The notes under the pieces are model-generated. The model saw only the letters and a program-made list of their open reading frames with translations. It did not search any database and was not told the DNA's origin. Positions 32,575 through 42,573 of a stretch of DNA of 64,000 bases are shown here, one piece after another. Both the position numbers and the translations under genes were made by a program. The stretch's first letter is position 1. Each line of letters opens with the position of its first letter. Source of the stretch: Thermoplasmata archaeon (GTDB lineage: Archaea > Thermoplasmatota > Thermoplasmata > Thermoplasmatales > GCA-001856825); the NCBI GenBank assembly GCA_021792255.1, contig JAJYUZ010000003.1, forward strand, positions 137,405 to 201,404, written 5' to 3'.

Positions 32575-33714
32575 ATGCCTACATTTAAATTGCCAGACAT
32601 AGGGGAAGGAGTTCAGGAAGGGGAGATCGTAAAATGGAATGTGAAGCAGGGAGACAAGGTACACAAGGACGACATATTAGTGGAGGTTATGACCGACAAA
32701 GTAACCGTGCAAATACCCTCGCCCTTCGAAGGGGAAGTTACAAAGCTGTACTACAAAGAAGGAGAGATCGCGAAGGTCGGCTCTTCGCTGTTGGACATTG
32801 GAGGAGCAAGTGCTACTACCACTCAAGAACAGGCACCTGCAGAAACTGCAGTCAAGACTTCAATCAATGAGGAATCAGTAGAGAAACAATCAATTCTTGC
32901 ACCTCCGGCTGTCAGAAAACTAGCGAAAGAAAAGGGGATAGATCTTTCGAGAATCAGGGGTTCGGGACCGGGAGGGAGAATCACCGTAAAAGACGTCGAG
33001 CTGTTTACCGTCGAACCCGAAGTGACGACGGAAACTAAACCACTTAGAAATGAGCCCGTTGAAAGGAAAGTGATAGAACTTAGAGGACTGAGAAGGCTCA
33101 TTTCGGAAAAGATGACAAAGTCGAAACACAACATTCCTCACTATGCAGTTGCCGAAGAAGTAAAAATGCAGGAACTTATAGATTTCAAGGAGAAACTCAA
33201 GAACCAGGGGGTCAACCTGAGTTTCACACCTTTCTTCGTGAAAGCTGCGGTCGCGGCCCTGAAAGAATTTCCTTATCTAAATGCACGTTCGCAGGAGGAT
33301 GGAAATTTCGAGATACTCGATTACTATAATGTCGGGATAGCTGTCGACACCGTCGAGGGTCTAACTGTTGCAGTCGTGAAACACGCCGACAAGAAAACGT
33401 TGACGGAACTTTCGGCCGAGATTGAGGATCTTGCCAAGAGGGCAAGAGAGGGCAAACTCAAGCTCGATGAGGTCAAGGATTCGACGTTTACTGTCACAAA
33501 CGTCGGGAGCATCGGTGGGATCTTTTCCACACCAATCATCAACTATCCGGAAGTTGCGATCATGGGCGTGCATAGAATAATGGAAAATCCGCTTGGCAAA
33601 TTCATGTATGTGACTCTGTCTGCGGACCATCGACTGATCGATGGAGCGATGGCGGCCAGGTTCATCGCCAGGGTCAAAAGATATTTAGAGGCTCCAGCTA
33701 CACTGCTGGTGTGA
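32575..33714 (+). CDS. dihydrolipoamide acyltransferase E2 (one lipoyl domain)
   Basis: 379 aa. Lipoyl-lysine context VMTDKVTV, a PSBD (APPAVRKLAKEKGIDLSRIRGSGPGGRI), and the catalytic DHRLIDGA motif. Confidence 0.9.
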   Translation: MPTFKLPDIGEGVQEGEIVKWNVKQGDKVHKDDILVEVMTDKVTVQIPSPFEGEVTKLYYKEGEIAKVGSSLLDIGGASATTTQEQAPAETAVKTSINEESVEKQSILAPPAVRKLAKEKGIDLSRIRGSGPGGRITVKDVELFTVEPEVTTETKPLRNEPVERKVIELRGLRRLISEKMTKSKHNIPHYAVAEEVKMQELIDFKEKLKNQGVNLSFTPFFVKAAVAALKEFPYLNARSQEDGNFEILDYYNVGIAVDTVEGLTVAVVKHADKKTLTELSAEIEDLAKRAREGKLKLDEVKDSTFTVTNVGSIGGIFSTPIINYPEVAIMGVHRIMENPLGKFMYVTLSADHRLIDGAMAARFIARVKRYLEAPATLLV

Positions 33715-33717
33715 AAA

Positions 33718-35037
33718 ATGGAACTGGATTCCATAATTCTTGGAGGAGGACCAGGAGGTTACTCTACCGCAATCAGACTTGGTCAGAACGGAAAGAAGGC
33801 GTTGGTAATCGAGGAAAACAAGATCGGAGGAGAGTGCCTGAATTATGGGTGCATACCTAGCAAGGCCATTATTGAACTGGCGGATGCAATCTCTTATCTG
33901 AAGGAAATGCCCGGAGTCTCTTCCTCGGTTTCTATTGATATGAAGAAATGGCAAGAGTGGAAGTGGGGAATGATAAACAAGCTCACCTCAGGAGTTGAGA
34001 AACTGGTAACATCCTATGGCGGAGAAGTTGTCAAGGGAAAGGGTATCATCGAAAACAGCAACTCCATAAGGGTGAACAACGAAACATTTGACGCAAAGAG
34101 TCTCGTAATTGCAACGGGTTCAGTCCCTTCAAAGATAAAGGGTATTGAGGACGTATTTTACAACAAGGATATCCTCGATGCTGACCACATTCCGAAATCC
34201 CTAGTAGTAATTGGCGGAGGTTATATTGGTATCGAACTGGGTACTGCGTTTTCAAAACTGGGGAGCGAGGTGACCATAGTCGAAATGATGCCAAATATTC
34301 TGCCAGGTACAGATACCGACCTCAGCAAATTCGTCGAGAGAAGAATGAACACACTGGGAATAAAAACATTCGTCGGAGCCAAAGTGGAGAAGGTCACGAA
34401 GTCGGGAGAATTCAGCGTCAGTCTCGCTGACGGAAACGTCTTGAAATCGGAGCTAGTCCTGATGACTGTTGGACGCCAACCGAACACACAGGGATTCGGC
34501 TTGGAGAACATAAACCCTGAGATGGAAGGAAAATTCATCAAGACGGACAAGAGGAAAATGACGAGCGTAAAGGGCGTCTACGCAGTAGGTGATGTGAGTG
34601 GTCAGCCGATGCTGGCTCACAAGGCTTTCTATGATGCAGAAATCGCTTCGGAAAACATATCGGGAAAGAATTCAGAAGTGGATTACAGGGCAATGCCCTT
34701 CGTCATCTATTCAGACCCTGAGATTGTGACAACGGGATCAAAGACAGACAAGTTCAACAACATACCCTTAGCGACTAACGGAAGAGCATTGGGTATGAAC
34801 TCCAACCAGGGCGTGTTCAGGATTTACGTTGACAACGATTACGTCATTAAGGGAGGGGCGTTTGTTGCCCCACGTGCTTCAGAACTAATCAGCGAAATTT
34901 CTTTGGCGGTGGAGGCAGGGCTCACTTCAAAAGACCTGGGAATGACCGTTCATCCTCATCCCACCCTTTCAGAGGGGGCAAAGGAGGCAGCGGAGGCAAC
35001 CTATGGCAAATCGTTACACTACAAATCCAGTCGCTGA
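33718..35037 (+). CDS. lpdA: dihydrolipoamide dehydrogenase E3
   Basis: 439 aa. GGGPGGY FAD motif, redox disulfide CLNYGCIPSK, a second dinucleotide fold (VIGGGYIGIE), and HPHPTLSE. Confidence 0.9.
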   Translation: MELDSIILGGGPGGYSTAIRLGQNGKKALVIEENKIGGECLNYGCIPSKAIIELADAISYLKEMPGVSSSVSIDMKKWQEWKWGMINKLTSGVEKLVTSYGGEVVKGKGIIENSNSIRVNNETFDAKSLVIATGSVPSKIKGIEDVFYNKDILDADHIPKSLVVIGGGYIGIELGTAFSKLGSEVTIVEMMPNILPGTDTDLSKFVERRMNTLGIKTFVGAKVEKVTKSGEFSVSLADGNVLKSELVLMTVGRQPNTQGFGLENINPEMEGKFIKTDKRKMTSVKGVYAVGDVSGQPMLAHKAFYDAEIASENISGKNSEVDYRAMPFVIYSDPEIVTTGSKTDKFNNIPLATNGRALGMNSNQGVFRIYVDNDYVIKGGAFVAPRASELISEISLAVEAGLTSKDLGMTVHPHPTLSEGAKEAAEATYGKSLHYKSSR

Positions 35038-35647
35038 TCTTGGAACCGTAGATTACTCGGATTCGCTTGTTCTTCAAAGGAAGTTGGTAGAACTCGTCAA
35101 GAAGGGCGAGATAGGAGACGTCCTGCTGATTCTCGATCACCCACCAGTCTTCACGGTGGGCAGAGGAAAGAAACCTGAAAATTACTCTGGAGTGGAGGTT
35201 GTGGAAACTGAGAGAGGAGGAGATGTGACATATCACGGTCCTGGGCAACTGGTTGTCTACCCTATCATCGACCTTGAGAAAAACGAGATCGGTGGTGCGA
35301 GAAAACTTGTTCGCCTGATCGAAGAAGTTGCCATCACTTCGATCGGCAAGTTCGGTTATACGGTCAGAGCGGGGGATGAGCCAGGCATATGGTTCGACGA
35401 CAAAAAAGTAGCCTCAATTGGACTGGCGATCAGGGGCAACGTATCATTTCATGGCATTTCGATCAATATATCCGAAGAAGTACTGGGCGGGTTTGCCAAG
35501 ATCAATCCTTGCGGACTCGACCCCGAAAAGATAGGCTTTGTGAGGATCGATAGAAGTGCAATAAAGAGAGAACTGATAGACAATTTTGAAAAGTTGATCC
35601 ATCCGTTTGAAGAGGTGGATGCTAGTTTCTTTGACGGTATGATATGA
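35003..35647 (+). CDS. lipB: octanoyl/lipoyl transferase
   Basis: 214 aa. Motifs: HPPVFTVGRG, ERGGDVTYHGPGQLVVYPI, KVASIG. Confidence 0.85.
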   Translation: MANRYTTNPVADLGTVDYSDSLVLQRKLVELVKKGEIGDVLLILDHPPVFTVGRGKKPENYSGVEVVETERGGDVTYHGPGQLVVYPIIDLEKNEIGGARKLVRLIEEVAITSIGKFGYTVRAGDEPGIWFDDKKVASIGLAIRGNVSFHGISINISEEVLGGFAKINPCGLDPEKIGFVRIDRSAIKRELIDNFEKLIHPFEEVDASFFDGMI

Positions 35648-35749
35648 CGTGGTGTCACTGAACAGCTTCACTTGCTGCTTTTCTGCTTCTCAGAATCACA
35701 TTCGTATTTTAATTCATAACTTTCAATACCTTCTCGGTGATGTTGGAAG

Positions 35750-38440
35750 GTGATAGCAAATTCGGGTATTGTGCTCAAGGACGGAAGCCTTGTCGTTGTC
35801 AGGGAATTCAACAGATCCGATCTATCCAAATTCAAGGAATTTATCTACTCCCTTTCAGATTCTGCCATTCAAGGCAGATTTATGCAAAATATTCCAAGAG
35901 ATGCTGCCATCGAGCTTCTTCTAGCTAAGGGAGTGACTTCGGTGGTGGCAGTCAGAGATGATAAGATAATCGCCCACGGAGCACTTTATGAAAATGTGAA
36001 AGAGACTTCTGAAATGGGAATCCTCGTGGACGACAAGTATCAGTCTCTCGGTCTCGGGACGGCCATGCTCGGATTACTCGCAGAGCATGCGGTGAGATCG
36101 GGTGCTGGTGAGATTAGAGCGTATGTTTCTCCAGAGAACTATAAGATGATCGCTGCGGTCAAGAATCTGGGATTTGCGGTCGAATCTTCTGCAAGACCCG
36201 GAGCTCTGGAGGTCAGATTTTCTCCCTCCTCTCTTCCCGAGGCAATAAACAATTTCGAGAACAGAGACGCCATATCTGCGGTCAATGCAGTTAAAATTTT
36301 CCTAGAGCCAAAGAGCGTTGCAGTCATAGGAGCTTCTTCGAACAGATCATCAATTGGTGGACAACTTTTCTTCAACCTGCTCGAGAGCAACTTCAATGGT
36401 CAGATATTCCCTGTCAACCCTTCCCACGACTTCGTGCAGGGAATTCGGACCTACAGGTCAGTAAAGGAAATAGATTACCCCGTAGGATTGGCAATCATAG
36501 TCGTTCCCGCAGAGCAATCCCTAAGAGTAATAGAAGAGTGCGGAGAGAAGGGAGTGAAGGGACTGGTGATAATCACATCTGGCTTCTCCGAGATAGGAGG
36601 AATCGGAAACGAGAGACAGGAACAACTCTCGAAGATCTGTGATAAGTATGGTATGAGGGTAATCGGACCTAACTGTATGGGCGTAGTGAACAATTCTGAT
36701 ATAGTGAACCTCAATGGCCAGTTTTCTCCGTTCAAGCCGGTGAAGGGCAGGGTGTCTTTCCTTTCTCAATCCGGAGCCCTAGGGATCGCGGTCTTTGACA
36801 TTACTACAAAACTCGGACTGGGGCTGAGCTCTTTTGTTTCAGTTGGGAACAAAATGGACATTTCTAGCAACGACCTGATACAGTACTGGGAAAATGACAA
36901 AAACACTGACGTCATCCTGCTCTATCTGGAATCCTTCGGGAATCCCATAAAATTCTCGAGACTAGCTAGAAGAGTAACGAAGAAGAAACCCATAATAGTA
37001 GTCAAGAGCGGGAGAGGTTCTGCTGGATTCAGGGCTACCCAATCTCACACAGCTGCATTGCTTTCCACTTCCGATGTCACCGTCGATGCCCTCTTCAAGC
37101 AGAGCGGAATAATCAGGACGGATACTCTGGACCAGATGTTCGATGTCACTTCCGTGCTCGCCCATCAGCCCGTCCCAAGGGGTGACAGGGTTGCGATACT
37201 GACAAATGCTGGTGGCGCTGGCATATTGGCAGCCGATGCTTGTGAGTCCCATGGCCTAATCGTTCCTGATCTCCCAGAAGAAGCTAAAGAAAAACTCAGG
37301 AAACTTCTTCCCGCGATTGCAAGCGTGAGGAATCCGGTAGATATGACTGCTGGAACGGGACCTGAAGCATATGAAAAAGCGCTGGAAATACTGGGTTCGG
37401 TCGATGAGATCGATTCCATAATTGTCATCTTCATCCTCCCTACCGTACTGGATCCAAACGACGTCGCGAGGAACATTATTGCTGGAACCGAGAAAATAAA
37501 CAATTCCAAGACCATAGTGTCCGTTTTCATGGGTACGAAGGGAGTTTCACAGGTATTGAAGGGAGAGAAGGTAAGTATCCCATCCTTCACTTTCCCCGAA
37601 GACGCTGCAATTTCGCTCTCAAAAGCCGTGGAGTATGGCAGATGGAAGTATGCACCTGTCAGAACTATTGGGGAAAAAGAGGACATTGACAAAGATATGG
37701 TCAAGGCAATCATATCAGGAACCCTGAGAGAGGGAAGAGAGTGGTTGACTTATGATGAGTGCAACGCTGTTCTTAACACGTATAAGATCCAAACCGTAAA
37801 GACTGCAACCGCTATGAACAAGGAAGAGGTCAGAATAAAGACTCAGGGATGGTTGGGAAAGGTGGCGATCAAGGCTTATGGGCCTAAGCTCATTCACAAG
37901 AGCGACGTTGGTGCCGTAAAGTTGAATGTGCCAGTTCCTGACGCAGCGTACGAGGCAGGTCAAATGATCTCGATGCTCAGCGCTAAGGGCTTAGAAGTTG
38001 AATATCTGGCCATCCAGGAGATGGTTCCAGAGGGGATTGAGATGATAGCTGGATCAACTCACGATCCAGCATTTGGCCCGATCATAGTCGCGGGTATGGG
38101 AGGAAAGCTCGTAGAACTCCTGAAGGATATTTCCACCAGACTTGCGCCGATCGAGAAGGAAGACGCAGACCAAATGATCGCTGAACTCAGGACCGCACAG
38201 ATATTGAGAGGTTATCGAGGCGGTATAGTCGCAGACGAGGATTCCTACAAGGATGTCATCGTGAGAGTATCCCGACTCGTCTTCGATAATCCAGAAATAT
38301 TAGAGCTAGACCTAAACCCAGTTCTGGTTCTTGAAAAGGGAAAGGGCTCGAAAACAGTCGACTTTAGGATCAGGGTTGGCAATCTCCCACAGAACAGTCT
38401 GCCTTTCGTGGCAAAGAGCATAATCAAGAGCACTCCCTGA
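35750..38440 (+). CDS. fusion protein: N-terminal GNAT acetyltransferase domain plus ADP-forming acyl-CoA synthetase (CoA-binding, ligase-CoA and ATP-grasp domains)
   Basis: 896 aa. About aa 1-165 are GNAT (QSLGLGTAML acetyl-CoA loop). These are followed by PKSVAVIGAS CoA-binding, IGPNCMG, SQSGALG, the phosphohistidine context ATQSHTAAL (His codon 37046-37048), and a C-terminal ATP-grasp. Confidence 0.8.
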   Translation: MIANSGIVLKDGSLVVVREFNRSDLSKFKEFIYSLSDSAIQGRFMQNIPRDAAIELLLAKGVTSVVAVRDDKIIAHGALYENVKETSEMGILVDDKYQSLGLGTAMLGLLAEHAVRSGAGEIRAYVSPENYKMIAAVKNLGFAVESSARPGALEVRFSPSSLPEAINNFENRDAISAVNAVKIFLEPKSVAVIGASSNRSSIGGQLFFNLLESNFNGQIFPVNPSHDFVQGIRTYRSVKEIDYPVGLAIIVVPAEQSLRVIEECGEKGVKGLVIITSGFSEIGGIGNERQEQLSKICDKYGMRVIGPNCMGVVNNSDIVNLNGQFSPFKPVKGRVSFLSQSGALGIAVFDITTKLGLGLSSFVSVGNKMDISSNDLIQYWENDKNTDVILLYLESFGNPIKFSRLARRVTKKKPIIVVKSGRGSAGFRATQSHTAALLSTSDVTVDALFKQSGIIRTDTLDQMFDVTSVLAHQPVPRGDRVAILTNAGGAGILAADACESHGLIVPDLPEEAKEKLRKLLPAIASVRNPVDMTAGTGPEAYEKALEILGSVDEIDSIIVIFILPTVLDPNDVARNIIAGTEKINNSKTIVSVFMGTKGVSQVLKGEKVSIPSFTFPEDAAISLSKAVEYGRWKYAPVRTIGEKEDIDKDMVKAIISGTLREGREWLTYDECNAVLNTYKIQTVKTATAMNKEEVRIKTQGWLGKVAIKAYGPKLIHKSDVGAVKLNVPVPDAAYEAGQMISMLSAKGLEVEYLAIQEMVPEGIEMIAGSTHDPAFGPIIVAGMGGKLVELLKDISTRLAPIEKEDADQMIAELRTAQILRGYRGGIVADEDSYKDVIVRVSRLVFDNPEILELDLNPVLVLEKGKGSKTVDFRIRVGNLPQNSLPFVAKSIIKSTP

Positions 38441-38634
38441 AGAACGGTTCGTTCAATAAATGAGCAGTTGAGAATGATCAAAGAACTCCTTCCCAGCCGT
38501 AGTGAGTTTAGGCGTCCAATGGAGTGTTTGGTTTAGTCAGCTGCACGGTCTCGACTCCGCAACTTGAACTTGCTCTCTTTCTCCTAACTTTTTTATAAGG
38601 CGTCAAACTATCGACAATAACGGTGATATGAGTA

Positions 38635-39027
38635 ATGGTTACCATGAGGGCTGTAATCTCTACCTCTGACGGGAAGACAAGGCAACTTGAAGTACCGGAA
38701 GACAGGCAGAGTGCCCTGTACGGAAAGAAGATAGGAGAAGTGCTAGATGGCTCTCTGTTGGGGTTCAGCAACACTAAGCTCAAGATAACTGGTGGAAGCG
38801 ACAAGGATGGTTTCCCGATGAGGAACGACTTCCCAGGGATGAGGAGGAAAAGAGTACTGCTGACGGGAGGAGTCGGCTTTCATCCAAAGAGGGAAGGTCT
38901 CAGAAAAAAGAAAAACATCAGGGGAAACACTGTAGGAGAGGACATTTCTCAAATCAATTTCTTTGTAGTAGAGGGAGAGATAGAAGAGACGAAAGGAGAA
39001 ACGAATGAAGCTGCCAAAACCACCTGA
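38635..39027 (+). CDS. rps6e: 30S ribosomal protein S6e
   Basis: 130 aa. KITGGSDKDGFPMR and RKRVLL motifs. The start may be ATG 38644. Confidence 0.9.
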   Translation: MVTMRAVISTSDGKTRQLEVPEDRQSALYGKKIGEVLDGSLLGFSNTKLKITGGSDKDGFPMRNDFPGMRRKRVLLTGGVGFHPKREGLRKKKNIRGNTVGEDISQINFFVVEGEIEETKGETNEAAKTT

Positions 39028-40228
39028 AGTCAACATAGGCATGGTTGGCCATGTGGATCATGGCAAGAGTACTCTGACAAAACTTCTCACTGGCGTGAAA
39101 ACTGACTATTTTTCGGAGGAGATAAAGAGGGGAATTTCCATCAAACTCGGTTATGCGGATACTCCCGTCTACAGATGCCCCGAGGGATGGCCAACTAGAT
39201 ACTCGATAAACCCTTCGGACTGCGGAAAAGGAGGAGTTCTTGAAAGAGTGGTGAGTTTTGTGGACTCGCCCGGACACGAAAGCCTGATGGCTACTATGCT
39301 GTCTGGTGCAGCAATCATGGATGGGGCAATAATGGTCATTGCATCAAACGAAAAATGCCCTAAGCCTCAGACGAGGGAGCACCTGATGGCTCTCAATTTT
39401 CTTGGAATTAGAAACATAGTTATCGTTCAGAACAAGATCGATCTCGTCACGGAAGAGAGAGCTATGGAAAGCTACAACGAGATCAAGGAGTTTGTGAAAG
39501 GGACCGTCGCCGAGCACGCTCCGGTAATACCCATGAGTGCTCTCGACAACGCAAATCTAGATTCACTTCTCGACGCAATCGAGCATTCCATTCCTACCAG
39601 GAAGTTTGAGACGAACGGCAATGCGATGATGTACATTGCGAGAAGCTTTGACGTCAACAAGCCAGGAACAATTCCAGATTCACTTCAAGGTGGGGTGGTA
39701 GGCGGATCAATTATGTCTGGAAAATTCAAAACAGATGATGAAATTGAAATTTCTCCTGGGATCGCTTTCACCAAGGGTGGAAAAAAGAGCTGGACCCCCG
39801 TTCAAACGCAAATTTCATCAATCATATCTGGCAGTATAACTCTCGACGAAAAGGGACCAGGCGGACTGGTCGGAATTGGCACCAAACTGGATCCATTCTT
39901 GACGAAAGGGGACAGCCTAGTCGGGATGGTGGTTGGACTGAAAGGAACTCTGCCCAAACCAGTTTTCAAGATTTCACTGAAGACAAACATCCTGAGCAAA
40001 GTAGTCGGAAGCTCAGAAGAACTCAATGTTGATCGGATAATAAAGAGCGAAACTCTTCTCCTGAACGTTGCAACAGCCGTGACAGTTGCAGTCGTAACTC
40101 AGGCAAAGGGGGACGTTATGGAAGCAGACCTGAAATATCCTATAATAGCTCTTCCTGGACAAAACGTAGCCATAAGTAGGAAGATTCAGAACAGGTGGAG
40201 ACTTATAGGCAGCGGAATAGTTAGTTAG
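39005..40228 (+). CDS. eif2g: translation initiation factor aIF2 gamma subunit
   Basis: 407 aa. GTPase motifs: G1 GHVDHGKST, G3 DSPGHE, G4 NKID. Conserved S6e-aIF2gamma adjacency, with a 23-nt overlap. Confidence 0.9.
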   Translation: MKLPKPPEVNIGMVGHVDHGKSTLTKLLTGVKTDYFSEEIKRGISIKLGYADTPVYRCPEGWPTRYSINPSDCGKGGVLERVVSFVDSPGHESLMATMLSGAAIMDGAIMVIASNEKCPKPQTREHLMALNFLGIRNIVIVQNKIDLVTEERAMESYNEIKEFVKGTVAEHAPVIPMSALDNANLDSLLDAIEHSIPTRKFETNGNAMMYIARSFDVNKPGTIPDSLQGGVVGGSIMSGKFKTDDEIEISPGIAFTKGGKKSWTPVQTQISSIISGSITLDEKGPGGLVGIGTKLDPFLTKGDSLVGMVVGLKGTLPKPVFKISLKTNILSKVVGSSEELNVDRIIKSETLLLNVATAVTVAVVTQAKGDVMEADLKYPIIALPGQNVAISRKIQNRWRLIGSGIVS

Positions 40229-40441
40229 TCTACGGTTTCTTTTTAGAACTGATTTTGCCGCGGTTTGCTCCTAGGGAGTAAGCTTTGCGATCTAGGATCT
40301 TTCTGTACTTTTTTTGCAGTGTCGGTTTACGAATACGTGAGGCCACGTGAGTCAGATGGATGCTTCGTCATCTAGAATTAATGTTGCAGAAACGGAAGTT
40401 ATTCTCTTGTTGTGTTGACCTTGTCTGAGAATCCCTTGCTC

Positions 40442-41509
40442 CTATTTCTTGGCCGAACTGGCTCTTCCCTCTCTAAGTGCCTGTTTGCCTTTCCTTATGC
40501 TCTCTATGAATCTAGGCACTATTTCGTACGCATCGCCTATGAGGGCCACATCGGAGTACTTTACAATTGGAGCAGCCGCGTCCTTATTAATGGATATAAT
40601 GTATTCCGAAGATTTCATTCCTGCGATGTGTTGAATGGCTCCTGATACTCCGACAGCAATGTAGAGTTTTGGATGAACTGTTTTTCCGGTCTGCCCGACC
40701 TGCCTGTCCCTCGTGATCCATCCTGCGTCTACCGTTGGTCTAGAAGCCGCAACTATTCCGCCGAGTTCGTTCGCAAGATCTTCCAGAATCTTGAACCCCT
40801 CCTTCTTTCCCAGTCCCATTCCACCGCATACAACTACATCTGCGGTAGTTATGTCGACTTCCTCTCTTGTCACGATCTGGAGTAGCTTTGTGACTACGTC
40901 CTCTTCCTTGATGCTGTTCTCTACTCTCTCTATCTCTCCCTTTCGTCCTACTACCCTATCTACGGGCTTGAATATACCTGGTCTTGCACTTGCCATCTGC
41001 GGTCGATGCCTGCTGCACAGTATATTTGCAAGGATTGCTCCGCCGAAAGCGGGTCTCCTCGCTTCCAGCAGTTTCTTGGATGGATCTATATCTATTTCGG
41101 TACAGTCCGCTGTTATTCCTGTGTTGACTCTGACCGCAATTCTTGACGCCAGATCACGTCCGTTGTGGGTTGCACCAATGACGAAGTAGTTTGGCTTCTT
41201 TTCCACTATTAGTGAAGCTATCGCGTCGGCATATGGCCTCGTTCTGTAGTGTCGATAGACCTGATTCTTGACAAAAATAACCCTATCTACGCCATACTCT
41301 ATCGCCTCTTGAGCCATTCTTTCTCCGTTCTCATCTGCCAGGAGAATACCGACCAATTTTTCGTTGTATTTATCGGCCAGCTTTCTGCCTATACCGGCCA
41401 TCTCGAGTGAAATCCTGGACAGCTCTCCGTCGTTCTGTTCCAACCAGATCCAGAGGTCCTTGTATATCTCTACATTCGCTGGTGGGGTCGCGCATCTATT
41501 CTTTATCAT
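40442..41509 (-). CDS. etfA: electron transfer flavoprotein alpha subunit (EtfA/FixB)
   Basis: 355 aa with a C-terminal FAD-binding ETF-alpha pattern (PKLYIAVGVSGAIQHIAGM..INKD..API). Confidence 0.85.
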   Translation of the reverse strand: MIKNRCATPPANVEIYKDLWIWLEQNDGELSRISLEMAGIGRKLADKYNEKLVGILLADENGERMAQEAIEYGVDRVIFVKNQVYRHYRTRPYADAIASLIVEKKPNYFVIGATHNGRDLASRIAVRVNTGITADCTEIDIDPSKKLLEARRPAFGGAILANILCSRHRPQMASARPGIFKPVDRVVGRKGEIERVENSIKEEDVVTKLLQIVTREEVDITTADVVVCGGMGLGKKEGFKILEDLANELGGIVAASRPTVDAGWITRDRQVGQTGKTVHPKLYIAVGVSGAIQHIAGMKSSEYIISINKDAAAPIVKYSDVALIGDAYEIVPRFIESIRKGKQALREGRASSAKK

Positions 41510-42288
41510 TTCACTATCCCCCTCTCAATCAGGACTGAAACTATCTTGTCCAATTCTTCGATGCCTGGTTTCGACGGATTCTTCACAGGGTCAGGAACGG
41601 TCTTCATATCCTTGACGATCGTCGGTGAACCCTTCAGGCCTATGCAAGCTGGATCCAGCTGCAATTCCTTGTTTGTTACCAGCTTCACTCCCTTCTTGTA
41701 GGCCGCAATTTTTCTCTTGAGCGTTGGATTTCTGGGATCGTTGGCGTTGAGAGTTATTGTTATCACTGCTGGCTTCCCTATCTTTATAGTTTCCTCAGCT
41801 CCTTCGATGTCTCTGACCACTACGAAAAATCCGTTTTCGTACTCCACCTTGTGTACATAGGTGGCCTGTTCATAACCCATGAATTCTGCAATTCCTGGGC
41901 CAACGTGCCCCGTAGATGAGTCCGTGGTCTCCTCCCCGCAGAGTATCACGTCAAATCCCCCAAGGTAGTCCGCGACAGACGCAAGCGTGAAAGCGGTTGG
42001 CCACGTATCTGCACCGGCAAAAACTCTGTCTGTGACGAGTACTCCGTTGTCTGCCCCCATTCCCATCAACTGCAACAGAGCAGAATCTGCCATCGGTGGT
42101 CCCATCGTAATCACCGTAATCTCTCCTCCATACCTGTCTTTGAGCTGTACGGCCGCTTCAGTGGCATTGACGTCCGGGGGATTGACCACATTTCTAGCCA
42201 TGCTCCTGTTCAAGGTCTTCGTGACTGGATCTATACTTATGTCCTGACTATCAGGAACTTGTTTTATCATAACTGCAATCTTCAACAT
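41506..42288 (-). CDS. etfB: electron transfer flavoprotein beta subunit (EtfB/FixA)
   Basis: 260 aa. MKQVPD.. N-terminus and ILCGEETTDSSTGHVGP motif. 4-nt overlap with etfA. Confidence 0.85.
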   Translation of the reverse strand: MLKIAVMIKQVPDSQDISIDPVTKTLNRSMARNVVNPPDVNATEAAVQLKDRYGGEITVITMGPPMADSALLQLMGMGADNGVLVTDRVFAGADTWPTAFTLASVADYLGGFDVILCGEETTDSSTGHVGPGIAEFMGYEQATYVHKVEYENGFFVVVRDIEGAEETIKIGKPAVITITLNANDPRNPTLKRKIAAYKKGVKLVTNKELQLDPACIGLKGSPTIVKDMKTVPDPVKNPSKPGIEELDKIVSVLIERGIVK

Positions 42289-42294
42289 TTACCA

Positions 42295-42573
42295 TCACCC
42301 GTACTTGTAAATGACTCCCTTACCGGCCTTTGGAAAGGTCCACTTTACAGACCCCTGATCACACGCAATGGAACACGTTCCACATTCGACACAATCTTCG
42401 TACTGGAAGTTGAGTTTTCCATCCTGAATCGTGTAACACTGTGCTGGGCACGCCATGACACAGAAATGATGCGGACACTTCTCACATATGCTTTCGTCCA
42501 CAGTTATGTGAGCGTATGATTTGTCGACATCGTACTTTGTCTTTCCCAGTCGCTCCTTTATATCCACTGTCAC
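42295..42573 (-). CDS. fixX: FixX-type ferredoxin-like protein
   Basis: 92 aa. Cys pattern C..C....C..CP ... C.EC.TC typical of FixX. Confidence 0.8.
   Translation of the reverse strand: MTVDIKERLGKTKYDVDKSYAHITVDESICEKCPHHFCVMACPAQCYTIQDGKLNFQYEDCVECGTCSIACDQGSVKWTFPKAGKGVIYKYG

Noticed and set aside
38441-38634. Possible small RNA or box C/D sRNA upstream of rps6e (also examined 21866-22033 and 40229-40441)
   Set aside because: I could not find paired C (RUGAUGA) and D (CUGA) boxes at appropriate spacing or a convincing conserved structure by eye. Only a TATA-like CTTTTTTATAAGG element is evident.
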